A DNA stretch of 61,606 nt, the filler included, from Nitrospinota bacterium (lineage in GTDB: Bacteria > JAUXIQ01): assembly GCA_030620925.1 (NCBI GenBank). It is 14 parts of 14 records of this genome, joined end to end, with 100 filler letters (N's around TTAATTAATTAA, not from the genome) between each part and the next. Parts side by side here need not be neighbours in the genome. Positions count along the whole stretch, not along the records: positions 1 to 6,935 come from JAUXIQ010000101.1; positions 7,036 to 10,502 come from JAUXIQ010000312.1; positions 10,603 to 14,637 come from JAUXIQ010000262.1; 11 more parts are not named here. One strand, 5' to 3'. The position numbers and the translations under genes were made by a program. The notes beneath the pieces are model-generated. The model made no database searches. It saw nothing but the letters and a program-made list of their open reading frames with translations, and had not been told where the DNA came from. Below are positions 1 to 12,181 of the stretch, one piece after another. Within the stretch, counting starts at the first letter, position 1. Each line of letters begins with the position of its first letter.

Positions 1-412
1 GGGAGCAGGTAAGGAGACCTTGCCCAAGCTCCTTACCGGTCCCGTCCTCCGAACGGGACCACCCCGCAAAGCGAGACTCACTCCCCGGAGATGTGTTATT
101 TGAATTATCGGCTGAACTAATCGGATAGTTTATATCCTATTTGATTATCCAAGGCGGGAAACGGCTTCATGGGTGGGTTGTTGATGATCCCGCAGAACGA
201 GGGATTTGCAAGGGCAGGCGAGATTCTTCACTCCGTCTCGCGTTCCGCGGAACTACGTTCAGAATGACAGGAATGCGGAAGAGGGGTATCCCGCGTACAG
301 CGGGACCGTACCCCTGCCATGGTCGCGCCTGGAAGGCGATCCTGTGGCAGGTGTTTTGGGCGGCGACCCCGCGGGGCGCGAGAGCACAGCATTGATGCTG
401 TGAGCAGCAGTC

Positions 413-470
413 AAAAAAGTTTTTGGAAGAGGGTATGGGGGGAACCTTTATACAAAAAGGTTCCCCCATA
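413..470. repeat. Palindromic repeat (GGGGGAACCTTT-N-AAAGGTTCCCCC family), intergenic copy
   Basis: AAAAAAGTTTTTGGAAGAGGG leader, then hairpin TATGGGGGGAACCTTT-ATACAA-AAAGGTTCCCCCATA (434-470). A related copy lies inside dnaE2 at 3161-3254. Confidence 0.7.
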
Positions 471-517
471 GATTTTTCTTTTGTCCCTTTTTCTCGCTTT
501 TCCTTGTCTATCATTCC

Positions 518-546
518 TTGATTTTCGTATTTTCTTCGCTTATAAT
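518..546 (+). promoter_or_regulatory. Sigma70-type promoter upstream of dnaE2
   Basis: TTGATT-N17-TATAAT. Confidence 0.6.
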
Positions 547-594
547 GGCTAATGGTAGTTGTGTTTTGTCTGGAAACGTGCCGGCGGAGGAAAG

Positions 595-3500
595 ATGGGA
601 CAGGATTTCGTGCATCTGCACTGCCACAGCAACTATTCGCTGTTAGAAGGTGCAAACAAGATACAGGCGCTGCTGGACGCCGCCGCGGAAGCGGGTATGG
701 AAGCGTTAGCCGTCACTGATACCAATGCCCTCTACGGCGCTGTTGAATTCCACAAAGCCGCCCGTGAGCGGGGGATAAAACCCATCTTCGGCGCGGAGGT
801 GGACGACCCCGAAACGGGTCGTAAAGCGGTGCTCCTGGCCAGGGATCGGAAAGGATATTCCGCACTCTGCCGGGTCATCACCGCCCGCCGGCTCGACGAA
901 AACTTCTCCCTGGAAGATGCACTGGCGGATGAGAGAGCGGGCCTGTTCATCCTGAGCGCGGAGCCAGAGCTTCTGCGCACTCTCATGGATAAACGGGGCA
1001 AAGAGGGGCTCCGCGTGGAGCTGTCCGCTTGCTCCCCGGGCGGAATGAGGGAGCTGGCCCGTTTCGCAAATGAGAACGGCCTCCCGGCGGCGGTGACCAA
1101 CGATGTCCATTTCGCCCGCGGGGAAGGCTTCCGAATCCACAAGGTGCTGGCCGCCATCCGGGAGAACGCCACCATACACGGCGTCAATGCCGACAAACTG
1201 TGCAGCCCGGAATCCTGGCTCAAACCGCCTGACTTCATGGCGCGGATCGCCGGTGAATATCCCGAAGCCCTGGCGGAGACGGCGCGGATAGCCGAAGCGT
1301 GCAGCGTAGAGCTGGAGCTGGGCGTCAACAGGTTCCCCGCCTACCCGCTGCCGCCGGGGGAGACACCCTTCTCTTACCTGTGGAAAGTCTGTTTCCGGGG
1401 CCTGAGCGAGCGCTACCGGCCCATCACGCCGGAAGCAGTGCGCCGATTGGAGATGGAGCTTGATACCATCCGGAAGTTGGGCTACGCCGAGTATTTCCTG
1501 GTGGTATGGGATATCGTGGAGAAAGCCAAAGAGCTGGGCATCCCCACCGTGGGCCGCGGCTCGGCGGCTAACAGCATCGTCTCCTACGTCCTGGGCGCGA
1601 CGCACGTGGACCCCTTGGAACACGACCTTTATTTCGAGCGTTTCCTGAACCCGGAACGGGTGAGCCCCCCGGATATAGACCTGGATTTCTGCTGGCGGCG
1701 GCGGGACGAGATACTGGAATACGTCTACGAGCGTTACGGCGAGGACAGGGTGGCCATGATAGCCACCATCAACAGGTTCTCCGCCCGCTCGGCGGTGAGG
1801 GATGTCGCCAGGGCCATGGGGATGCCCCAATCCGAGGTGACCGCCTTCACCCGCCGGTTACCACACGTGGCGGTCTCCGCCATCGAGAAAGCAGTGGAGA
1901 CACTGCCAGAATCCCGCGACCTGCCCCTGCACAGGGAGCCTTATAAGACCATACTGGAGATCGCTGCCGCTATGGACCGCTACCCACGCCACCTGGGCGT
2001 GCACACCGGCGGCATGATCATTACCCCCGGCCCGCTCACCGATTACGTCCCCCTCCAGCGGGCGGCCAAAGGGCTGGTGGTTACCCAGTGCGATATGTAC
2101 GCCGCCGAGGACATGGGTCTCATCAAAATAGACCTGCTGGGCCAGCGCTCCCTCTCCGTCATCGCCGACACCCTGATCGACATAAAAGAAAAGGGGGTGG
2201 AGCCGGAGATGGCCCACCACCGCCTCATAAGCGACCCCGATACGCTGCGCCTCATGCGGAAGGGAAAGAGCATGGGCTGTTTCTACATCGAGTCGCCGGG
2301 TATGCGCAGCCTCATGATCAAGCTCAGGGTGGAGGATTTCCCCACGCTGGTAGCGGCAAGCTCTGTCATCCGGCCCGGCCCCGCCGACAGCGGCATGATG
2401 CGCCGTTTCATCGACCGCCACAACGGCCGTGAGGAGATCGTCTATCCGCATCCGACCATGCGTTTCCTGGAGGAGACGCACGGAGTGATGATCTACCAGG
2501 AGGACGTCATGCGCGTGGTACGGGAGGTGGCGGGCATGAGCCTGAGTGAGGCGGACTCCATACGGCGGGCCATGAGCTTCAAGGGTTCGCCGGAAAAAGT
2601 GCTGGCGCTGAAGAAGCGGTTCATGGAAGGGGCGGGCGGAAAGGGCGTGGAGGAAGAAACGGCCGAAGAGATATGGCGGCAGGTAAAGAGCTTCGCCGGC
2701 TACGCCTTCTGCAAGGCCCACAGCGCCTCTTACGCCCAGGTCTCTTTCGAGGCCGCATACCTGAAGGCGCATCACCCGGCGGAGTTCATGGCCGCGGTGC
2801 TATCCAACGGGGGCGGGTTCTACCCGGCGTTCGCTTACGTGGAGGAGGCGCGGCGCATGGGGCTCGCCATACTGCCGTCGGACGTGAACCGCAGCGAGCG
2901 CCGCTACATCGCCGAAGGGGAAGGCATACGCCTGGGTCTCATGTCGGTGCGAGACCTCACCCGGAAGGCCGTCGATTCCCTGCTGGAGGCTCGAAAGGAA
3001 GGCCGTTTCGTCTCGCCCACCGATTTCTGCCGCCGGGTGGACATCACCCTGAAGGAGGCGCAGAACCTGGTCCTCTGCGGCGCATTGGACTGCTTTGAAT
3101 TCACCCGCCCCGAGCTGATGTGGAAACTGGAGCTGTTCTGGTCCGATAATGGTCATGGCGAAAAAAGTTTGGGAAGGGGGGCCGGGGGAGAACCCTTTTT
3201 AAAGGGTTTCCCCCGGAAAGGGATCCGGGGAGAACTTTTTTTAATGAGTGCTCTCAAGGAGAAACCTTCCGCCATAGTGCCCCGTGTGCCCGACTATTCG
3301 TGGGAGAAGAAGCTGGCCCTGGAGCGGGAGATACTCGGTTTCGAGGTCTCCGTTCATCCCATGACTCTATACCGGGACGCCCTGAAGGATGAGGGACTCA
3401 TATCTGCCGGGGATATACCCAAACACGCGGGGAAGAGGGTGCGCGTGGCGGGGACCATGGTCACCAACCGGCGGGTGCGTCTCAAGGGGCGGGAGGAATA

Positions 3501-3711
3501 TATGAAGTTCGTCACCCTCCACGACGAGACGGATATCTTCGAGGCGACGCTTTTTCCCGCCGCCTACCAGAAATACGGCCACCTGCTGGTCACCCGCGGG
3601 CCTTACATCATCACCGGCCTGGTGGAGGAGGATTACGGCTACTGCACGATTACCGTGAACCCCGGAGAGCGGGGAGTGGAGCTTATAGGCCCCGATGCGC
3701 CCCCGCCCTGA
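595..3711 (+). CDS. dnaE2: DNA polymerase III alpha subunit, error-prone DnaE2 type
   Basis: PHP domain start (FVHLHCHSNYSLLEG), GRGSAANS, PPDIDLDF, KIDLLG, YAFCKAHSASY and a C-terminal OB fold. About 1038 aa with no C-terminal tau-binding extension. ATG at 595 follows GGAGG; the track starts at 559. Confidence 0.85.
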   Translation: MGQDFVHLHCHSNYSLLEGANKIQALLDAAAEAGMEALAVTDTNALYGAVEFHKAARERGIKPIFGAEVDDPETGRKAVLLARDRKGYSALCRVITARRLDENFSLEDALADERAGLFILSAEPELLRTLMDKRGKEGLRVELSACSPGGMRELARFANENGLPAAVTNDVHFARGEGFRIHKVLAAIRENATIHGVNADKLCSPESWLKPPDFMARIAGEYPEALAETARIAEACSVELELGVNRFPAYPLPPGETPFSYLWKVCFRGLSERYRPITPEAVRRLEMELDTIRKLGYAEYFLVVWDIVEKAKELGIPTVGRGSAANSIVSYVLGATHVDPLEHDLYFERFLNPERVSPPDIDLDFCWRRRDEILEYVYERYGEDRVAMIATINRFSARSAVRDVARAMGMPQSEVTAFTRRLPHVAVSAIEKAVETLPESRDLPLHREPYKTILEIAAAMDRYPRHLGVHTGGMIITPGPLTDYVPLQRAAKGLVVTQCDMYAAEDMGLIKIDLLGQRSLSVIADTLIDIKEKGVEPEMAHHRLISDPDTLRLMRKGKSMGCFYIESPGMRSLMIKLRVEDFPTLVAASSVIRPGPADSGMMRRFIDRHNGREEIVYPHPTMRFLEETHGVMIYQEDVMRVVREVAGMSLSEADSIRRAMSFKGSPEKVLALKKRFMEGAGGKGVEEETAEEIWRQVKSFAGYAFCKAHSASYAQVSFEAAYLKAHHPAEFMAAVLSNGGGFYPAFAYVEEARRMGLAILPSDVNRSERRYIAEGEGIRLGLMSVRDLTRKAVDSLLEARKEGRFVSPTDFCRRVDITLKEAQNLVLCGALDCFEFTRPELMWKLELFWSDNGHGEKSLGRGAGGEPFLKGFPRKGIRGELFLMSALKEKPSAIVPRVPDYSWEKKLALEREILGFEVSVHPMTLYRDALKDEGLISAGDIPKHAGKRVRVAGTMVTNRRVRLKGREEYMKFVTLHDETDIFEATLFPAAYQKYGHLLVTRGPYIITGLVEEDYGYCTITVNPGERGVELIGPDAPPP

Positions 3712-3730
3712 TGGGCGATAGGTGGTTTGG

Positions 3731-4133
3731 TGTAGGGGCGTATTGCATACGCCCCACTAGGGCGGGTTTCAAACCCGCCCCTACGCAGCATCCTGTCATT
3801 CTGAGTCCCGCGGTTAGCGGGACGAAGAATCTCGCCTGCCCTGGCAAACCCGCTTTCTTTTGCGCTTTCAAAATCCCCCTCCCCTTAATCCCCTCCCTCC
3901 AGTGGAGGGGAGATTTGTCGATTCGAAAGATTTCGGACCGATGAATCGTTAAATGAGTACGATAAGGGAGGTATTAGTTCTCCCTCCCCCTCGGCCCGCC
4001 TGCCGCGGGGCGTTCCGGTTGGGGAGGAATTAAGGTGGGGGTGAATACAATAAATTGATCGCGTTCCCGCGTGCCGGGGGATGCCGCTCCTACCGGATCT
4101 AGCGTAGGGGCGGGTTTGAAACCCGCCCTACAA
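3731..4133. repeat. Cluster of intergenic palindromic repeats (GTAG-type REPs, GTCATTCTGA..GAAGAATCTC element, CCCTCCCC..GGGGAGG element)
   Basis: GTAGGGGCGTATTGCATACGCCCC, GGGCGGGTTTCAAACCCGCCCCTAC and GTAGGGGCGGGTTTGAAACCCGCCCTAC; the same motifs recur in many other intergenic regions of the window. Confidence 0.8.
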
Positions 4134-4269
4134 TCGATATGCATCATTACCCACAACCCTTTAGGGCAAACCCAATGACCCCACAAACATAATTTAGCAG
4201 AAACGCCGGCAAACGTAGGGCCGAGCGCCCGCGCAGAACCCGTGTCGGGGCAACGGTTACTTTTTTTTG

Positions 4270-4341
4270 TTGACAGGATGGTTACGTTATATTATTTTGA
4301 ATATACAAATATATGTAATCCTTATAATTTGGTTTCCAAAT
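4270..4341 (+). promoter_or_regulatory. Promoter and candidate operator of the marR-permease operon
   Basis: TTGACA-N17-TATTTT (4270-4298); inverted repeat ATTTGG-TTT-CCAAAT (4327-4341) just before the RBS. Confidence 0.5.
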
Positions 4342-4360
4342 AAAAGGGGGCAGTTCATAA

Positions 4361-4819
4361 ATGGGTAAAGTCGAAGACCATGCGGATAGACTCCAGAAAA
4401 CGTTAAAGCATTTCATCCGTAGCCACCAGTTTCGAGACCGCAACGAGATGAGCCCCTTCGGAGTTACTGTTACCCAGTGTTACGCCCTTGACGCTCTGGG
4501 GGACAGCGGCAGCCTGACCATGAGCGAGCTGGCGGAGAAGATGTACCTCACCACTCCAACCATGACCGGCGTGGTGGAGGAACTGGTGAAGAAAGGGTTA
4601 ACGGAAAGAAAGTTCGACCAGCGGGACAGGCGGTTGATCCGTGTGGCCCTGACCCCCAAAGGGCTGGAAGTCTACGACCAGATCAGGGGTACGCTGCTGA
4701 ACAGATACAAGGATATTCTCAGGAGACTCAAACTTTCCGGTAGGGACGTGGACAAGGTCATCAGCGTGCTCAATGTGCTGACCGCTGATCCCGGGGAAAG
4801 TTGCGCCGAGTGTAAATAA
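4361..4819 (+). CDS. MarR-family transcriptional regulator
   Basis: Winged-HTH pattern LTMSELAEKMYLTTPTMTGVVEELVKKGL and DQRDRRLIRVALTPKG; C-terminal CAEC. Confidence 0.9.
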   Translation: MGKVEDHADRLQKTLKHFIRSHQFRDRNEMSPFGVTVTQCYALDALGDSGSLTMSELAEKMYLTTPTMTGVVEELVKKGLTERKFDQRDRRLIRVALTPKGLEVYDQIRGTLLNRYKDILRRLKLSGRDVDKVISVLNVLTADPGESCAECK

Positions 4820-4875
4820 CGCCGCACACAGGGAAGTGGACTTTTTACATACGCCTTTCAGAAGGAGATTAGAAA

Positions 4876-5817
4876 ATGTATGGTGAGTTGTGGATCATAG
4901 CCAAGACGGCCGGTCATATACTGGCCGAATTGTGGTGGTTCGTGGTGTTGGCCATAGTCATCGCCTCGATAATGTCCGCGCTCAAGCTTGATAAGAAGGT
5001 GTCCCTCTACTTTCATCGGGCCAAAGGGTGGGCTATTTTTGGAGCACTGCTTCTGGGTCTGGTCAGCCCCCTGTGAGCCATAGGGGTCCTCCCCGCGGTA
5101 GCGGCCATGCTGGCTGCGGGGGCGCCCATGGCACCCGTGATGGTGTTTCTGATTTCATCGCCGCTCATGAGCCCCAGCGCCTTTTTCATAACCCTGGGCG
5201 GTTTGGGATTAAGTATCGCCCTTTGGAAGCTGGTCTCCGCTGTTATCCTGGGCCTGGCTGCGGGTTGGATGACGGACCGGTTATCCAGACGCGGATATTT
5301 TGGTAATTCCATTCTTCGACTGGAAACCGCCCCGCCTGAGCAGAACCCGCCAACATCATGCTCCGCCTCAGGAAACGAAGTGCAGACCGAAAGCGCGGGA
5401 AGAGTAACCGGCGAGGATATAAAAGCAACGCTCCGCCTCACCTGGAAGTTCAGTGTTTTCATCGGCAAGTTCATCCTCATTGCGGTGGTAGCCCAGGCGG
5501 TGGTGATGCGTTTCGTCCCCCAGGATTGGGTGGTGACCGCCGTGGGCACCAAGAACGCATACGGAGTGCTCTACTCCACCATGATCGGCATTCCCACCTA
5601 TATAAGCAGCATCAGCGCCGTCCCGCTGCTCAGTGGGCTTATGGACCTGGGGATGGACAAGGGCGCTGTGCTTGCGTTCATCATAGCAGGCCCGGTTATG
5701 TCCGTGCCCTCCATACTGGCGGTGATGGCCCTGTTCAGGCGTCGGGCCCTCTACGTCTACATGATGGTGGGATTCATAGGAGCCATCCTTTTTGGATATA
5801 CCTACCGCCTCTTCTGA
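4876..5817 (+). CDS. DUF318/ArsP-type permease with in-frame TGA, predicted selenoprotein (U67, 313 aa)
   Basis: Track ORFs 4876-5076 and 5107-5817 are in the same frame and separated only by TGA 5074-5076. The joined sequence GLVSPL-U-AIGVLP...FLISSPLMSP matches the family motif PxCxCgxxP...FLxxxP. A hairpin follows the TGA. Confidence 0.8.
5076..5115 (+). promoter_or_regulatory. Candidate bacterial SECIS element of the permease
   Basis: Upper stem-loop CCGC-GGTA-GCGG (5093-5104), loop starting 20 nt after the UGA; possible lower stem AGCCA/TGGCT. Confidence 0.5.
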
Positions 5818-6106
5818 GTTAAGGGAAAATAACCGAGTCCTCCCGATAATAAGGCAGACCCCCCGTTTCAGGCGTTCCCTTTCCACAACAGGGCAAGAAG
5901 ACGGAGCTGAGAAAAATAAAACGGTATCCGCAATTGTCGAAACGACTTAACAGCGGCTTGTAAACCATATTTTTATTGCATCGTATACCCCATAAATGGT
6001 AAAAATAGTTGCTGTCAAAGGAGTTTGATTACACTATCATTTTGAAACTCCAGGCTGTGCTCGTCGTTTTGATTCAATCAAAATTTACGATGTGGGCTGT
6101 AACAAT

Positions 6107-6935
6107 ATGGACAAGCTATTAGACGCCCTTTTGTTGAGCAAAGATAAGGAAGCAGTCGAACTAATTACCCAGGCATTAAAAGCCAGCGACTACAAAATAT
6201 TGCGAAGGCGCCGGAAGAAAGAATTCGCGATGATTATCGTCGATCTGGATGATAATAACGCGGACCCCTTCAAGGAAATCAAAGACGCCAGAAAAAGGAA
6301 TGCCGATCTGGGAATTATCGCCATGGGGAAAACCGGTAGTCCGAAAAATGTGGTCAAGGCCATTAAAGCGGGAGCGGATGAGTACCTGTGGAAGCCGGTG
6401 ATTCCGGAGCAGGCAGCATTAGTCGCAGCAAGGTTCAGTGAGCGACACAAGCTCGAGATACAGGCCAGGGAAGCGGAGTTTTTTAGAAACCTGGCCAACA
6501 CCGATGAGCTCACCAGCCTATATAACTATAGATTTTTCCATCAACAACTGGATGCCGAAATATCCAGGTCCGTCCGACTTAAGAACAGCGTATGCCTCCT
6601 CATGCTGGATATCGATTTTTTCAAAGACTACAACGATTTCTTCGGCCACATGGCGGGGGACAAAGTCCTCAAGCAGATAGCCGGCATACTCGAACAGCAA
6701 AGCAGAAATTACGACACTGTGGCCAGATACGGAGGTGAGGAATTCACCGTTATAGCTCCTGAAGAAAGCAAGGCCGCCTCTAAGGCGCTGGGGTTAAGGC
6801 TTATGAATACAGTAAAGGAATTTGCCTTCAAAGGAGAGGAGAAGCTACCCGACGGAAAGCTTACCATAAGCGTGGGGATAGCATCTTTTCCTGAGGACGC
6901 CACTACAAAAATGGAACTGCTGGAGCGCGCCGACC
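6107..6935 (+). CDS. Diguanylate cyclase with N-terminal degenerate receiver domain (3'-truncated by contig end)
   Basis: TDELTSLYNYRFF, DIDFFKDYND, I-site RNYD and GGEEF; N-terminal AIKAGADEYLWKP receiver signature. Confidence 0.9.
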
Positions 6936-7035
6936 NNNNNNNNNNNNNNNNNNNNNNNNNNNNNNNNNNNNNNNNNNNNTTAATTAATTAANNNNNNNNN
7001 NNNNNNNNNNNNNNNNNNNNNNNNNNNNNNNNNNN
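6936..7035. other. Artificial contig linker (first of 13)
   Basis: 44 N + TTAATTAATTAA + 44 N. Also at 10503-10602, 14638-14737, 17570-17669, 21324-21423, 24738-24837, 30725-30824, 35067-35166, 38759-38858, 44015-44114, 47350-47449, 50792-50891 and 58382-58481. Genes are cut at these points. Confidence 0.98.
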
Positions 7036-9608
<2,573 letters not shown>

Positions 9609-10154
9609 TCAATCTCTCTTTTGAAACGTCTTCTGAAACTGCCCGCCTTCCCCCAGGGAGGCGCTCTGCAAGACCCCCGTCTCCGCTGTAAACCCATTAT
9701 ATCATGCTCAAATCCCTTTAAAACCTTAATATTTTTCCATTTGCGCCGTATTTCGGGCGTCCCGCCTACTCGCCCGTTTCTGCTCAGCCTGCAGTGAAAA
9801 GGCTGTCTACGGAAGCTGCGGCCTCAGTGAGATAAACAGGCATAATTAAAACGCCACCCGGTCTGCCGGTCTTGATTAATCCAGGCCGCTTGACGCTCCT
9901 CTGCGGCAGCAATTTCCCTTTAATAAGATACCCTGCGGGACAATTGAGGATAACCTCTGCGGAGAGAATCTGGAGCATCCATCATGGTAAGAAAAACCGG
10001 GTGCTTTGTCGGACAAACGCTTATCACTGCTCCAGTTTGGTGTTTCATGCCGCAGCGATGCAAAATCCACCGCTCTATTATCATTCTTTATCTATACCTC
10101 TCTTCTCCTTGCCGGTAAACGATGAGATATTCCCTTCGTTGTCGAGTGTATCGG

Positions 10155-10502
10155 TTACACCCTCATGGGCATCACCACACACAGGTATTCCTCGCTGCTC
10201 TTGCCTTTGACAACGCTGGCGCTGGCCCCGTCTATTATATCTATTTGCACTTCTTCCGTTTCTATGGCAGTCAAGGCCTCCATCAGGTACCTGGCGTTAT
10301 AGCCCAGCTCCACTTCGTCCCCGCTCAACTGTATATCGAGCTCCTCTTTGGCTTCTCCCATCTCAGGACTGTTAGAGCGTATTTCCATTCTCTGGGCGGA
10401 AAGGCTCATAATCACTGGTTTGGATCTCTCGTTGGACAGAATCGAGACTCTCCTCAGCGCCCTGTTGAGCCTCTCCCTGCTTACAAAAACCTGCCGTTTA
10501 AA
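10155..10502 (-). CDS. dnaN: DNA polymerase III beta clamp, C-terminal fragment
   Basis: SPEMGEAKEEL, GYNARYLMEAL and terminal VVMPMRV. Confidence 0.92.
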   Translation of the reverse strand, partial: FKRQVFVSRERLNRALRRVSILSNERSKPVIMSLSAQRMEIRSNSPEMGEAKEELDIQLSGDEVELGYNARYLMEALTAIETEEVQIDIIDGASASVVKGKSSEEYLCVVMPMRV

Positions 10503-10602
10503 NNNNNNNNNNNNNNNNNNNNNNNNNNNNNNNNNNNNNNNNNNNNTTAATTAATTAANNNNNNNNNNNNNNNNNNNNNNNNNNNNNNNNNNNNNNNNNN
10601 NN

Positions 10603-10692
10603 CACAGGGTGGTGGACGGAGCCGAGGCGCAGCGTTTCCTGAACGACCTGACGGCGCTGCTGGAGACGCCGGACGAACTGGTGGACGTCTGA
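10603..10692 (+). CDS. 2-oxoacid dehydrogenase E2 (dihydrolipoamide acyltransferase), C-terminal fragment
   Basis: Manual translation HRVVDGAEAQRFLNDLTALLETPDELVDV* contains the (D)HRxxDG catalytic motif; not in the ORF track. Confidence 0.8.
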   Translation, partial: HRVVDGAEAQRFLNDLTALLETPDELVDV

Positions 10693-10739
10693 GGACCTTC
10701 GTAACAATAGAGTCCAAAAGAAATTGCGAACGAGCCTTT

Positions 10740-10877
10740 TGAAACCCCACGGCAAGCGGGATTTGCCCCTGTATTCCCGAATCGTAGGGGCAGGGCTTGC
10801 CCTGCCCGAAAAGGGCGCAGTCCCGCGGAACGCAGGACAGGCGCGACCGTAGGGGCAGGCCTTGTGCCTGCCCTATA
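10740..10877. repeat. REP-like palindrome cluster
   Basis: GTAGGGGCAGGGCTTGCCCTGCCC and GTAGGGGCAGGCCTTGTGCCTGCCCTA. The block GTCCCGCGGAACGC(A/G)GGACAGGCGCGACCGTAGGGGCAGG is shared with 21058-21098. Confidence 0.8.
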
Positions 10878-11225
10878 TGAGTTCCTCTGATTCCAGACCG
10901 ATAACAGGATGAAGTTCCTGCATCGAAAGCCAAAATTGGATACCCACTCATTCATGGCTGGGAGCATCATGTCTCGCCTCGGCGGGTCGAACCCCGTCAC
11001 TTGTGGCGGGGGTATTCAATGCCCCAAGTACTGAATTACTGCTCAAAAAATTCCAAATAGTCAGGTATGACCGATTCCCCTCAAAGTCGTCTCCATCCAT
11101 GCTTTCGCCTGAAAAACGAGCTCGTATAAGAGGCGGAAAAACCGAATGTTTGATTTTTTTCCGCCGGTCGTGTAAGCTTTGGTGCACTTTGCGTTGAACT
11201 TGATCCGGATGAAAGGGAGGAAGAA

Positions 11226-11912
11226 ATGGACATCAAGCTGTTGGGGATAAGCGGAAGCCCCGTGACAGACGGAAACACTGAAGCAATACTTCTCGCGGCC
11301 CTCAAGGCCGGTGAGGAGATGGGCGGTGTGGAGACGGAGATTGTCTCCCTCGACGGGAAGAAAGGGCTTGAGCTGCGGGACTGCAACCACTGCAACTGGT
11401 GCCTGAGCAAACAGGAAGAGGGGAAGTTCTGCCGCTATCAGGATGAGGACGTGATGGGGGAGATTTACCCCAAGATACTGGAGGCCGACGGCTTGATCGT
11501 TGCCTCGCCGGTTTACATAGGCAGAATGTCCGGCTATGTGGCCAGCATGTTGGACCGCCTGAGGGTGGTGGTGCACGGAAACGTCTACAAGGACGGCCTG
11601 AAAAACAAGGTGGGCGGGGCCATCGCCGTTAGCTGGTTCAGGAACAGCGGGCTGGAGACAACGCTCCAGGCCCTGGTCATGAGCTTTATGACCTTCAAGA
11701 TGATACCCGTTGGCTCAGGCGCGGGGTCCCTCTTCGGAGGCGCGGCCACCGCCACGCAGAACGGGACGGGTAAGTTCGACCCCGAAATCCGCCACGGCGT
11801 ACTGCAGGATGATTTCGGCCTGAACAGTTGCTGCCACACGGTGCGCAACGTGGTGGAGCTGGCCCGGCTGATAAAAGCGGGCAAGGGAGTAGTGGAGAGC
11901 AAGGTCACCTGA
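11226..11912 (+). CDS. Flavodoxin-like / iron-sulfur flavoprotein (NADPH-dependent FMN reductase family)
   Basis: GISGSP..GNT, CxxCxxC-x8-C cluster motif, ADGLIVASPVY. Confidence 0.85.
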   Translation: MDIKLLGISGSPVTDGNTEAILLAALKAGEEMGGVETEIVSLDGKKGLELRDCNHCNWCLSKQEEGKFCRYQDEDVMGEIYPKILEADGLIVASPVYIGRMSGYVASMLDRLRVVVHGNVYKDGLKNKVGGAIAVSWFRNSGLETTLQALVMSFMTFKMIPVGSGAGSLFGGAATATQNGTGKFDPEIRHGVLQDDFGLNSCCHTVRNVVELARLIKAGKGVVESKVT

Positions 11913-12181
11913 AAGATAGCTAATATAGTGGAGGGGTGTCCTCTTAAAGAAGGGGGCTCCCTTCTCATTTTCCCTGTCGAAGCCCGAAATCAAGTTCTCG
12001 CCGTCGGCGCTCTGTTTCCCGGCGTCGGTCTGTTTTATTCTATCCGGCAATCCATTAGTTTCCTGGACGGGATCGCTCCGCCTCCCTGAATTGATATTCG
12101 ACCGACCGGCAAATATATTAGTTATACGCTGCCGTTTAAGCGGAAGAGGAATAATCGAACCCTGATGGATATTTTCGTGTC

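Noticed and set aside
3711-4186. Short ORFs with AGFKPAPT / VGAGLKPA peptides (also 20925-21245 and 57984-58433)
   Set aside because: These are translations of REP palindromes, not genes.
6936-7035. TTAATTAATTAA motif repeated 13 times
   Set aside because: Artificial all-frame-stop linker between N runs. For the same reason no synteny across linkers was interpreted.
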